A stretch of 64,000 bases of DNA from a virus (taxonomy: Duplodnaviria > Caudoviricetes), in IMG/VR virus record IMGVR_UViG_3300045283_000318, positions 1,399 through 65,398 of that record. One strand, written 5' to 3'. Below the pieces are notes generated by a model that was given only the letters and a program-made list of their open reading frames with translations, had not been told where the DNA came from and ran no database searches. The translations under genes were made by a program, and so were the position numbers. This document shows, piece after piece, positions 1 through 7,921 of the stretch; within the stretch, counting starts at the first letter, position 1; each line of letters starts with the position of its first letter.

Positions 1-222
1 CAGAATCTTCTGCTTGAAGTATACGGCAATGCCGCCAAGCTCGAGCGACCGCCCCTGCGCCGCGGTGTCGAGCAGGCCGTTCTGGCCGGTCAGCGCCTTC
101 TCCTCTTGGGGCGACAGAATGACGACCTTGCAGGGCTCACCCGGCGTCGGGCAATCGACCGCTCGGGCCGGCGAGATCCAGTTCAACAAGATCGGCACGG
201 TCACCAGCAGAATTTTCTTCAC
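1..222 (-). CDS. Secreted/membrane hypothetical protein, truncated by the window edge
   Basis: Read by eye: GTG start after AGGAGA, MKKILLVTVPILLNWISPARAVDC signal-peptide-like N-terminus, open to position 1. Confidence 0.55.
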   Translation of the reverse strand, partial: MKKILLVTVPILLNWISPARAVDCPTPGEPCKVVILSPQEEKALTGQNGLLDTAAQGRSLELGGIAVYFKQKIL

Positions 223-523
223 GTCGTTTCTCCTTCTTGGGTTTTCCGGCGTAGGGCACCGGCCTGCGAGCCTTGAGAACTTTCTTGCGGCGCTTCCTCG
301 GCACCAAGCCGAGCTTGCGCGCCTCCCGCTCGGTCTCCTCCTGCCGGCGCTTGTTCTCGATCATGCCGCGAACAGCGATCTCGTAGGGGCCAGGGATTTC
401 CTTACGGGCGCCGAGCCGGTGGATAGTGGAGACGTCGACGGCGAGGGCGTCGGCGAGCTTCGACTTCCAGTGCTTGCGTCCGAACAGGCGGATGCCGGCG
501 ATCTTGAACTGTTCTGGACTCAT
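137..523 (-). CDS. HTH-like DNA-binding protein with basic tail
   Basis: WKSKLADALAVDVSTIHRL HTH pattern; ATGA overlap with upstream gene sets the start at 523. Confidence 0.6.
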   Translation of the reverse strand: MSPEQFKIAGIRLFGRKHWKSKLADALAVDVSTIHRLGARKEIPGPYEIAVRGMIENKRRQEETEREARKLGLVPRKRRKKVLKARRPVPYAGKPKKEKRREENSAGDRADLVELDLAGPSGRLPDAG

Positions 524-771
524 TCGACGGTCCATGGCGGCACGTTGGACCAGTGGACGATTTGATCTTCTCCGCTGTTCCAATAACGAAGGGAGCCCGA
601 TTGCGCATAGAGTCTCGGCACGAACGCTCTCCGCGTTATGTCGATAATATCTTCCATCACGGTCGGAGAAAGCATCTGCTTCACCGGCATCAGGCTGCCG
701 GCCCGGACGATCGCAGGCGCGGCGACGAGCGAGATCAAACCGGTGATGAGGGAGCGGCGGGAGAGGGTCAT
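520..771 (-). CDS. Small protein with twin-arginine-like signal and a capsid-like TRRAFVPRL segment
   Basis: MTLSRRSLITGLISLVAAPAIVRA N-terminus; translationally coupled on both sides. Confidence 0.7.
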   Translation of the reverse strand: MTLSRRSLITGLISLVAAPAIVRAGSLMPVKQMLSPTVMEDIIDITRRAFVPRLYAQSGSLRYWNSGEDQIVHWSNVPPWTVE

Positions 772-1097
772 CCGTACCTCGACGACTCGGCCGCCAGCAC
801 GATCAGGTTCCAGATGCGGTCGGTCTCGGACTGCTTGGGAAAAGCGACCTCGGCAATCGGGCAGGGCGGGGCCGCTGGAGAAACTTGCACGTCGGCAGCG
901 CGCGTCAGGAAGCGCCAGTCAAACTCGTGAACTGCCGTGACTTCAGAACCATGCTTGGCCGGGTCGATGCCGTACACCGTGACCCTCGCCTGCTCAAGCA
1001 GCCGTTGTTTGTGCTCGTTCTCAAAACTCTCCCGCCACTTGGCGCGCATCATGTTGTACGAACCTTGGATAATCTTCCGCTTGGTCTCGTTATCCAA
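768..1097 (-). CDS. Hypothetical protein with terminase-nuclease-like GIDPA motif
   Basis: ORF in coupled leftward string; AGGAGG upstream; VYGIDPAKHGSEVTAV. Confidence 0.6.
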   Translation of the reverse strand: MDNETKRKIIQGSYNMMRAKWRESFENEHKQRLLEQARVTVYGIDPAKHGSEVTAVHEFDWRFLTRAADVQVSPAAPPCPIAEVAFPKQSETDRIWNLIVLAAESSRYG

Positions 1098-1107
1098 ACA
1101 GCTTATG

Positions 1108-1188
1108 TCAGTACCTCCTCAAAACCAGCCACCAGAACAGGTAGCCGAGCACGATGATCCAAAATGTGATCTTGGTGGCTAGTGACAT
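1108..1188 (-). CDS. 26-aa single-TM peptide
   Basis: MSLATKITFWIIVLGYLFWWLVLRRY read by eye; fills the gap between neighbouring genes. Confidence 0.45.
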   Translation of the reverse strand: MSLATKITFWIIVLGYLFWWLVLRRY

Positions 1189-1409
1189 GACAGCTGCGCC
1201 TGTCTCGCTGCCGCCGAGCGGTTGGCATGATACCACGCGTTGACCTTGGCGCGGGACCGCTGCCGGTACAGCGTGTCGGTCCAATACTTCTGTCTGTATC
1301 GGATCGACTCACACATGCGGCATATCGGATAGAGCCGCCCGTTCCTGGTGAACCAGCGCGTGTTCTTGGCGGTGCGGAGGTGGCCGCGATGGCAGTGGGT
1401 GCTGGTCAC
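1179..1409 (-). CDS. Stand-alone Zn-finger protein
   Basis: THCHRGH...NT...CRMC, same pattern as the C-termini of two HNH proteins in this window. Confidence 0.65.
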   Translation of the reverse strand: MTSTHCHRGHLRTAKNTRWFTRNGRLYPICRMCESIRYRQKYWTDTLYRQRSRAKVNAWYHANRSAAARQAQLSCH

Positions 1410-1612
1410 GGGTGGTTGCCTCCCGGCGGGATATTGTAGTCGCCGAAATCCGGGTCGTTCCTTGCCTTCGCCAACTCTGCCTCTCGTTCTTTCACTGCTT
1501 CAGCGATCGCTTTGGCATCGGGCCTGGGTCTCTTGGCATCCAGCTTGTCGGCTTCTTCGACGAGCTGATTAGCATCCGCTTGCGAATAGTCCGGACAGTC
1601 TTGCGGCATCAT
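1406..1612 (-). CDS. Hypothetical protein
   Basis: Coupled ORF (4-nt overlaps). Confidence 0.55.
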   Translation of the reverse strand: MMPQDCPDYSQADANQLVEEADKLDAKRPRPDAKAIAEAVKEREAELAKARNDPDFGDYNIPPGGNHP

Positions 1613-1797
1613 ATCAACTCACATTTTTTGGCAAGCCACTCGGGCATCGTGCAGATGCTCGACTTGTCACCGACCTGCTCGACCTCACATTGCGACTTGG
1701 GAATCCAGACCTCCCGGTGCCCGTCGTTGATCAGGAAGGCGCGCGGCGTCTCCATGCGGACGAAGCAGGCGATGTCGACGAGGCCGGATTTGGACAT
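1609..1797 (-). CDS. Conserved phage hypothetical protein
   Basis: ETPRAFLI...WIPKSQ...PEWLA motif common in small phage proteins. Confidence 0.7.
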   Translation of the reverse strand: MSKSGLVDIACFVRMETPRAFLINDGHREVWIPKSQCEVEQVGDKSSICTMPEWLAKKCELI

Positions 1798-1970
1798 CAG
1801 TGATCCTCACGCGATCGGACCACGAGCGCCTGCGATGCGCGAATCGCCTTGTCCTCCAGATCCGAACGCTTGAACCAGTTGATCAGATAGAGAATCACGC
1901 CGGCAACGCAGACAGCGATGAACATGATGGCCAGGGGCCAGGATTCCGAGATGATGCGGAGAACTTCCAT
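1797..1970 (-). CDS. Small membrane protein (57 aa)
   Basis: MEVLRIISESWPLAIMFIAVCVAGVILYLINWFKR read by eye; GGAG upstream; stop/start overlap. Confidence 0.6.
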   Translation of the reverse strand: MEVLRIISESWPLAIMFIAVCVAGVILYLINWFKRSDLEDKAIRASQALVVRSREDH

Positions 1971-1982
1971 CGGGGGTAGCTC

Positions 1983-2366
1983 CTATTTCTTATTCCAGGG
2001 CTTGAACGCCAGCAGGGTCTCGATGGCGGGCCACTCTCCGGTGAAGGTGATCGCCCGATCGTCAATGGTCAGGAACGCCGGCGGCTTCTCCAGCGGCCAC
2101 TCGACGTTCTCCAATCCCGGACCTGCCGGGCTGTCGTACCAGCAGGTGCCGGCCTCGACACGAAGGTAAGTGCGCATGGCGGGAATGCCGCCCGGCTGGT
2201 TCGATCGCGAGCTGAAAACCGCGACGCGGAAATTCGCCATGGCGCCGAGCATGAAGGAGATCGCTCCAGGGACGATCGGATCGGGGATGACGTCGGCGCC
2301 CTTCCATCCGGAGGTGTAGGAGTGGATGACGCCGTCGAAGTCCAGGCAGAGGATCGGTTTTGTCAT
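1983..2366 (-). CDS. HAD-superfamily phosphatase
   Basis: LCLDFDGVIH motif I, FSSR motif II, KPPA..IDD motifs III/IV. Confidence 0.8.
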   Translation of the reverse strand: MTKPILCLDFDGVIHSYTSGWKGADVIPDPIVPGAISFMLGAMANFRVAVFSSRSNQPGGIPAMRTYLRVEAGTCWYDSPAGPGLENVEWPLEKPPAFLTIDDRAITFTGEWPAIETLLAFKPWNKK

Positions 2367-2764
2367 TTCTCGCTCGTTCCCTCGACGCCCCGCTCCATCC
2401 GCTTCAGTGTCCGCTCATAAAGCCAGATAAGAGCCTTCTTGGCGTGAAGGAGCGCCATCTGGTTCTCGTTGCAAGGATAAGGGCCTTCCTGGAAACATTC
2501 GAGGCGGTCGATGACGATCGCCAGCAGGACTTCCTGGGTGATGCCGTTGACGCCCTGTTCGGCGATCGGGCCACACTGGAAAATGATCGTGGCGGCGTTG
2601 TCGTCCTCCGGATCGGGGCAAGCAAGCGCGGCCACATTGCGATGCATCTGCATGCCGGAAATCGCATAGACGTGGCTCGCTCCACCGGCGCCGGGCTCAT
2701 CGAGCGCTTGGATATTCAGCTTGTCGTTGAGCGGGTTGGCCTTGTGGGTGTCGATGGTTCTCAT
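2363..2764 (-). CDS. tad1: Tad1-like (Thoeris anti-defence) nucleotide-signal sponge protein
   Basis: FQCGPIAEQGVNGITQEVLLAIVIDRLECFQEGPYPCNENQMAL...WLYERTLKRMERGVEGT follows the Tad1 family pattern; ATG at 2764 overlaps upstream stop. Confidence 0.8.
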   Translation of the reverse strand: MRTIDTHKANPLNDKLNIQALDEPGAGGASHVYAISGMQMHRNVAALACPDPEDDNAATIIFQCGPIAEQGVNGITQEVLLAIVIDRLECFQEGPYPCNENQMALLHAKKALIWLYERTLKRMERGVEGTSEK

Positions 2765-2970
2765 TTGAACAGCCTCGCCCGGACCGCCGCGTCCTTGGAT
2801 TCCAGGAGCTTGCGCAGCGCGACGGTGCGCTCGGGGTTGCGGGGTGTCGTGGTGACGACCCGATGTGCCAGTTCGCAGTAAGGCTTGCTGGCTACCTGCA
2901 AATGCTCTGGCAAATGTGCGTATTCGAAGAACTGGAGGATGGACTCGATCTCCGTGGGGCCTTCGGGCAT
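2761..2970 (-). CDS. Conserved small phage helical-hairpin protein
   Basis: ILQFFEYAHLP...RNPERTVALRKLLESKDAAVRA; GGAG RBS. Confidence 0.75.
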   Translation of the reverse strand: MPEGPTEIESILQFFEYAHLPEHLQVASKPYCELAHRVVTTTPRNPERTVALRKLLESKDAAVRARLFK

Positions 2971-3038
2971 TCATTGTCTCCTCGGTTGTGCGGGCGCAGG
3001 TTACGCCTGCTTTGGCAGAATGCAATAGCTATTTTTGA

Positions 3039-3833
3039 CTACGGCAGCTCGGGCATTTCCTTGAGGTTTCTCAAAAACTGAGCTTCGGAAGGAGTGTAGT
3101 CAGGGCCCGGCGGTTTAGGTTTACGTTTCTTGTAGGGCTTTTTCGCCGGTCCGCGAGGACGTCCGCGATTTATCGCCGATCCGAGGGGAAGCCCGATCGC
3201 CTGCGCCAGCGTCCAGCCTAGCTTCAGGCGCTGGTACACTATGTTGCGTGACAGGCCAAGCTCTTCGACCAAATCGATCAGGAGCATCTTCTTGCCGTTG
3301 TAGGTCACGAGCACCGAGTTGCGCTTGTTTCGCCCTTGATCCTTACGGCTTATCCACCGACAATTCGTCGGCTCGTAGTTACCATTTACATTGTCTCGCT
3401 CGATCGTGAACTTCGAGTCCGGCTTGCGGCCCATGTCGAGCATGAAGTTCTTGAAGTCGTTCCAGCGCTCGCAGATCGTAATACCGCGGCCACCATAAAT
3501 TGGATACTTCTTGCTACTCGGGTCGAGACACCTGGCGCGCATGTTTATCCAGGATTGGTATTCTGATTTGTACTCGGTGGTGAGCGGAACGGGGCGACCT
3601 TGTTTGTGGATGGGGGCTGAGCATCTTGTTTTACGGCCTTCGCGCAGTTTATCGCGGCCGACGACGATCTCCGCGCCGCACGAGCAGCGGCATAGCCACG
3701 TAATGCAACGCCCTTTCCGGCCAGCACGTGAGAGCACAGTCAGCTCGCCGAACTTCCGACCCTCGAGCCGAATGATGCGACCTGCATGATATCGTTCAAC
3801 TTTTTTTGTGAAAGCCCTCGATCTTACGGTCAT
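3039..3833 (-). CDS. HNH-like homing endonuclease
   Basis: WLCRCSCG; SWINMRARC...YGGRGITICERW...TIERDNVNGNYEPTNCRW...QGRN. Confidence 0.85.
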   Translation of the reverse strand: MTVRSRAFTKKVERYHAGRIIRLEGRKFGELTVLSRAGRKGRCITWLCRCSCGAEIVVGRDKLREGRKTRCSAPIHKQGRPVPLTTEYKSEYQSWINMRARCLDPSSKKYPIYGGRGITICERWNDFKNFMLDMGRKPDSKFTIERDNVNGNYEPTNCRWISRKDQGRNKRNSVLVTYNGKKMLLIDLVEELGLSRNIVYQRLKLGWTLAQAIGLPLGSAINRGRPRGPAKKPYKKRKPKPPGPDYTPSEAQFLRNLKEMPELP

Positions 3834-4153
3834 GTTTTTAATTTTTAAAAATTTTTTAGGGTCGCGTCAAGCCAAATTTCCGGCGGAAGTACGAGTAGGC
3901 CTCCTCCTGATTGTAAACCTCAGCGGGCCATCGCCTGGCGGGATTTCTCACGCATCTGTGATCCGTTACCGTTCACAGTGTCGTGACCGTCCCTACCTCA
4001 CATCGGCACCCTGCACGTAGTCACTAGAAGAACCCTCTCTAAGTAATTGATACTGCTAACAAACAAATTATTTCGTGGGGTTTGTAGTATCTCACTGTTG
4101 AGTGGGATACGGCTCGCGGTGTAAGTCAAGCGGTCGGAGGGATTTATTTCGAG

Positions 4154-4537
4154 GTGAGTGGGTTGGGGGTTGAGGCCTCGAGCGCGGTTGCAGCGGCGCG
4201 GAACCATAACAATAAGAATGCCCCTTCCGGCCATACGCGAGATTTCGATTTGCAAGCCGTTACGCCATTTCGACGCGCAGTCGACCAGCTCCGGCCAGGT
4301 GCCACGGGTAGCGAGGCTGCAGCGCTATTAGACAATCGAATCAGCCGCAACGTGGCATGCAATTGGTTGGCTGGCCGTCGACAGGCGCCGCGATGGGCCT
4401 TCCTCATGCTGGCGAGCAAGATCCGCGAACGTGCATTGCCTGCACTGGCGATCGCTGCAGAGCTCGAACAAACAAAAGAACGCCCCGGCCTGAAAGCCGG
4501 AGCGCTCAACCTCGCGAAATGGAAAGCCCGCCGCTAA
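4154..4537 (+). CDS. Putative HTH DNA-binding protein (start uncertain)
   Basis: SEAAALLD..ISRNVACNWLAGRRQAP resembles an XRE/Cro HTH. Confidence 0.5.
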   Translation: MSGLGVEASSAVAAARNHNNKNAPSGHTRDFDLQAVTPFRRAVDQLRPGATGSEAAALLDNRISRNVACNWLAGRRQAPRWAFLMLASKIRERALPALAIAAELEQTKERPGLKAGALNLAKWKARR

Positions 4538-4635
4538 TCGGTCATCGGCAAGACGCGCGCTCGAAAGTTATCTCCGACCTTCTCGGGCTTTGAGACTTTC
4601 CACGTCTGAGTAGGCGGCATCCCTCATCCTCCAAT

Positions 4636-4661
4636 AAGCCCGCGCAAAGCGGGCGGGTTTC
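4636..4661. terminator. GC-rich hairpin between convergent genes
   Basis: AAGCCCGC-GCAAA-GCGGGC followed by GGGTTT. Confidence 0.4.
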
Positions 4662-4665
4662 AATT

Positions 4666-4902
4666 CTAACCGGTCACCGCAACGTACCGCTCGCCGTCCC
4701 ACTTCTCCAGGAGATGTACGTCGACGCGAACCGTAATGGAACGCTTGGCCTCGGACAACGCCTCGTTATCATCGCGAGCGCCGATCATAATCCAGCCGTA
4801 TTGGCCTTTATAGCGGTAACTAAGCAAGCCTTTACCGGCACAAGGCCGATCCCAAAACTTGATAGACGTTGTATTCCCGCCCTCTGATACCTTTTTATAC
4901 AA
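4666..4902 (-). CDS. Hypothetical protein
   Basis: ORF with GGAG upstream; LSYRYKGQYGWIMIGARD. Confidence 0.6.
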   Translation of the reverse strand: MYKKVSEGGNTTSIKFWDRPCAGKGLLSYRYKGQYGWIMIGARDDNEALSEAKRSITVRVDVHLLEKWDGERYVAVTG

Positions 4903-5004
4903 TGTTTTTCTCCATTTTAGCTAAAAACGACGCTCCGAATCACTCATTTCTCATACAATGTATCGAATTTACGCATCGAAAACAATAAAAATATACATTG
5001 TATC
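4897..5004. promoter_or_regulatory. Cluster of operator-like ATACA(A/T)TGT(AT) palindromes
   Basis: Copies at 4897, 4953 and 4993, the last identical on the minus strand to GATACAATGTAT at 5641. Confidence 0.65.
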
Positions 5005-5305
5005 ACTAAAACGTGATAAAAGCACCCACTCGCTGCGATCTTGTTCCGACCACGAAAAAATAACCCGTTGAAATAATTGAAATGTTCCGCGTTCCGACCG
5101 CGACCCCCCCTTTCGTACTACGCGCTGGTTTTGGCTAAATACCGGACTAAGTAACGTAGGCGTTCTATTACCTAGTCCGTTACTTAGCCAATTCTAGTGC
5201 CATATATAAAATAAGTAAGAACAGTAAGAACAGCAGGCACAAGGTTGTAACTGCTTACGTTTTTCGTTCCCGCCTCCATGTTCCGGCTTACGCAAGTGGA
5301 ACATG

Positions 5306-5542
5306 CTACGGGACGCGGAGCACGATCCACCATTTGCCGTCTGTCGAAAGCTGGATCTGCACGTGAACCCCGCGATTGTATTTGGCGTTCTTGGCCGCTT
5401 TGTTGAGTCGGCGCTCCTCGGCGAATGGTACAAGCATCCACTGCCCGATTTCCATGTCATCGAAAGGGTAAGCCGGCCTTGGCCCTCGCGGTTTGCTGTG
5501 GTCTTTCACACCCGGTATTGGCCCGTTCTTGATGTCGTGCAT
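5306..5542 (-). CDS. Small putative DNA-binding protein
   Basis: RGPRPAYPFDDMEIGQWMLVP motif typical of small phage DNA-binding proteins; AGGAG RBS. Confidence 0.65.
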   Translation of the reverse strand: MHDIKNGPIPGVKDHSKPRGPRPAYPFDDMEIGQWMLVPFAEERRLNKAAKNAKYNRGVHVQIQLSTDGKWWIVLRVP

Positions 5543-5626
5543 GAGACTTGCTCCTAGTTGCCTAAGCTTCTATATAGAATGCTAAGTGGCAAACTATGTA
5601 GTAACTTTATTGTGACCACAAACCGC

Positions 5627-5655
5627 TTGCAACCCCACCCGATACAATGTATAAC
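5627..5655 (+). promoter_or_regulatory. Sigma70-type early promoter with overlapping operator
   Basis: TTGCAA-17-TATAAC; GATACAATGTAT overlaps the -10. Confidence 0.75.
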
Positions 5656-5684
5656 AACCGGACACTAACGAAAGGGGAATCGAA

Positions 5685-6020
5685 ATGGCCAAATACTTCA
5701 ATGTTTCTCATGGTTTGCGCGGCTGCTACATGCCCGACGGCGATCCGTACATCGTCATGGTGCGCACGCGTCGCGAGCTCAAGGAAGTGATCGCCGGCGA
5801 AGCAAACAACATGGGGGACATGGTCGGATTGACCAAAGCGGCAATCGCGCGTCTCGCCGCCAATGCCTGGCACGAAGCGCAGAAGCCGAATCCGGCCTAT
5901 CTGCCTCACTGCCTGCCGTGCCATGATCGCAGCGTTAAGATCGCCAAGTATTCCTATGGCATCTTCGTGTCCGTTGCGAGCCGCTCCGAGTACCTGGAAC
6001 GCCAAGAGGCGGGGGAATAG
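5685..6020 (+). CDS. Early hypothetical protein
   Basis: AAGGGG RBS; first gene after promoter. Confidence 0.75.
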   Translation: MAKYFNVSHGLRGCYMPDGDPYIVMVRTRRELKEVIAGEANNMGDMVGLTKAAIARLAANAWHEAQKPNPAYLPHCLPCHDRSVKIAKYSYGIFVSVASRSEYLERQEAGE

Positions 6021-6093
6021 CCTTCCCCCACCCAAAAACGAACGCTACCCCCTTTAAAACCAATCCTAGCCCCTACCCGGAAGGAACCGACCG

Positions 6094-6360
6094 ATGCGTT
6101 TCCGCTGCGATACCTCAGAAGCTCAGCCCGACGGCGCCGTTATCTGGTCCACGAAATGGATCGGAGGACCGACACTGGCCAAAATCGAGAATTGCCGCTT
6201 GGCCAATCTCGCTGGCGACATGCGCCGCACCGTCACTGTGACCGGGCATCCCGACACTTACTTTTCGATCCCGGCCGAATGTTCCATCGCTGGCGCCAAG
6301 GTGCGCGGCTATGTGACCTCGGAGGATAACAATCTGGTATTCCGCCAAACTTATTACTGA
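6094..6360 (+). CDS. Early hypothetical protein
   Basis: AAGGA RBS; DTYFSIPA motif. Confidence 0.7.
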   Translation: MRFRCDTSEAQPDGAVIWSTKWIGGPTLAKIENCRLANLAGDMRRTVTVTGHPDTYFSIPAECSIAGAKVRGYVTSEDNNLVFRQTYY

Positions 6361-6541
6361 CCTGCCCAAACCGCCCCTTGCGCCCGGCACCGAAAGGTTA
6401 CCGGGCTCGACGAGGTGCTCGACAGCTACCCGGACATTGACCAGGCTGAATTTGAACAGCTCTGCGAACGCGGCACCATCTCCGGCCGCTTGGTCCGTGG
6501 TGACAATGGCCGCTGGTACTTTTACCTTGGAATGTAGCGTC

Positions 6542-6643
6542 ATGACCGCTCGCGACCTCGCCCAATGCACGATAGCCGGCGCCTTCTTTGGAATCTGCGC
6601 CCTCGCCGGCTACCTCACCGCTGGAATCCTCTATTTCGGTTGA
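6542..6643 (+). CDS. Small TM peptide
   Basis: MTARDLAQCTIAGAFFGICALAGYLTAGILYFG. Confidence 0.35.
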   Translation: MTARDLAQCTIAGAFFGICALAGYLTAGILYFG

Positions 6644-6667
6644 CTCCAACCCGATACAATGTACTAT
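6640..6667 (+). promoter_or_regulatory. Second early promoter with operator
   Basis: TTGACT-16-TACTAT; shares ACCCGATACAATGTA with the 5627 promoter. Confidence 0.7.
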
Positions 6668-6696
6668 CACCCGACCAACTCACAAGGGGAACTGCC

Positions 6697-7152
6697 ATGC
6701 TTAAGATCCGCAAATTCAATTGCCTTGATGCGCTCCAATCCGCTGGCATCTCATACGAGGATGCCACGGCGCTCCGCCGCATCTCCATGACCTTGCACCG
6801 CTGGCACGAAATGGAATGCGGCGACTCCAACCAATTCGCTTCTTGGACCGTGGTGCGAGGCAGCAAGCAGCCGGAGGGATTCATCTATGACGATGACGGC
6901 AAGCCGTTCAAGGAAATTCACTGGAACACGCGCCCGACGCAATACGTCCCGATGCCCGACCTCGAGCGCGGCGCCCTGAAGCGTCTGGCCAAGATCATGG
7001 CGCGCTATTCCGGCTTTGTGTCTTACGTGCAGGGCGACCCGCGCGGCTGCGCGCTGTACATCCTCCGGCCGGGCGACCTGAACACGTTGGCGGGCGGGAA
7101 CGGCGACGCTATCGAATCCTGCTACACTCGCGGCATTGCCGTCTATAAGTGA
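6697..7152 (+). CDS. Early hypothetical protein
   Basis: AAGGGG RBS; TLHRWHEMECG and YVQGDPRGCALY motifs. Confidence 0.75.
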   Translation: MLKIRKFNCLDALQSAGISYEDATALRRISMTLHRWHEMECGDSNQFASWTVVRGSKQPEGFIYDDDGKPFKEIHWNTRPTQYVPMPDLERGALKRLAKIMARYSGFVSYVQGDPRGCALYILRPGDLNTLAGGNGDAIESCYTRGIAVYK

Positions 7153-7162
7153 GGATCTGACC

Positions 7163-7375
7163 ATGCAACGCGACCGCAACGCCTCTGCCCGCCAGATCAC
7201 CAACCAGGACGATTTCCGCCGTCTGTTCTGGGATCGCCACCCGACCGCCGTTCGCAAGAAATACCGCAACGGCGACTACCCGGCCGACACCCGCACGGCT
7301 TTCGTTGACTTTGTCGACGCCTGCGCGCGGGATGGCATCATCAGCGAGCGCCTCGCCGCTCGCGTCACTCTCTAA
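7163..7375 (+). CDS. Early hypothetical protein
   Basis: GAGGA RBS; DTRTAFVDFVD...LAARVTL. Confidence 0.7.
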   Translation: MQRDRNASARQITNQDDFRRLFWDRHPTAVRKKYRNGDYPADTRTAFVDFVDACARDGIISERLAARVTL

Positions 7376-7402
7376 TCACTCAAACCTCAAGGGGAACCAC
7401 CA

Positions 7403-7921
7403 ATGATTGAGATTAAGCATCGTCTTACCGGCACCGTTCTGTACGCATCCGAGGCTGCAGTCACTGTACGCGAAGCGGTCATAGCCGCTGTAAAAGGTGG
7501 CGCGGACCTTGGTGGCGCGTACCTTGGTGGCGCGTACCTTGGTGGCGCGGACCTTGGTGGCGCGTACCTTCGTGGCGCGTACCTTGGTGGCGCGGACCTT
7601 GGTGGCGCGGACCTTGGTGGCGCGGACCTTGGTGGCGCGGACCTTGGTGGCGCGGACCTTGGTGGCGCGGACCTTGGTGGCGCGGACCTTGGTGGCCAAT
7701 GGATTATACAGGGACAAACCCGTTCCGACGGATATGCATTCTTCCTGCAGCGCCTCACCGCTGACTCCGAACCCATGATCAAGGCCGGTTGCCGCTATTT
7801 CACGATTGCTCAGGCCGAAGTACATTGGACCAACACACGCGGTGGGACTCCACTCGGTTTCGAAACCCGTGCTATCGTCCGCGCCATGGTCGACACCATG
7901 CACATCAGGGGGTTGAAATGA
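7403..7921 (+). CDS. Pentapeptide-repeat protein
   Basis: 13 x (G/R)GA(D/Y)L; IKHRLTGTVL N-terminus and IKAGCRYFT C-terminal domain. Confidence 0.9.
   Translation: MIEIKHRLTGTVLYASEAAVTVREAVIAAVKGGADLGGAYLGGAYLGGADLGGAYLRGAYLGGADLGGADLGGADLGGADLGGADLGGADLGGADLGGQWIIQGQTRSDGYAFFLQRLTADSEPMIKAGCRYFTIAQAEVHWTNTRGGTPLGFETRAIVRAMVDTMHIRGLK
7496..7696 (+). repeat. 15-bp tandem repeat, 13 units
   Basis: GGTGGCGCG(G/T)ACCTT units, near perfect. Confidence 0.95.

Noticed and set aside
2765-3025. N-terminal extension of the Tad1-like ORF to 220 aa
   Set aside because: Overlaps a better-supported 69-aa gene; the ATG at 2764 gives a family-typical length
5644-5654. Gapped match of array A (complement AC.AT.TA.AA) to the early promoter/operator
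   Set aside because: Only four consecutive dinucleotides match and the flanks fail; expected by chance in a window this size
6380-6410. GAAA-loop hairpin as an ncRNA
   Set aside because: Single hairpin only; insufficient support beyond a possible processing or termination signal
7496-7696. Diversity-generating retroelement template/variable repeat
   Set aside because: No reverse transcriptase seen and variation is not adenine-specific
7376-7903. Repetitive ORFs (ATKVR, APPRS, VARTL frames)
   Set aside because: Alternative-frame shadows of the pentapeptide repeat
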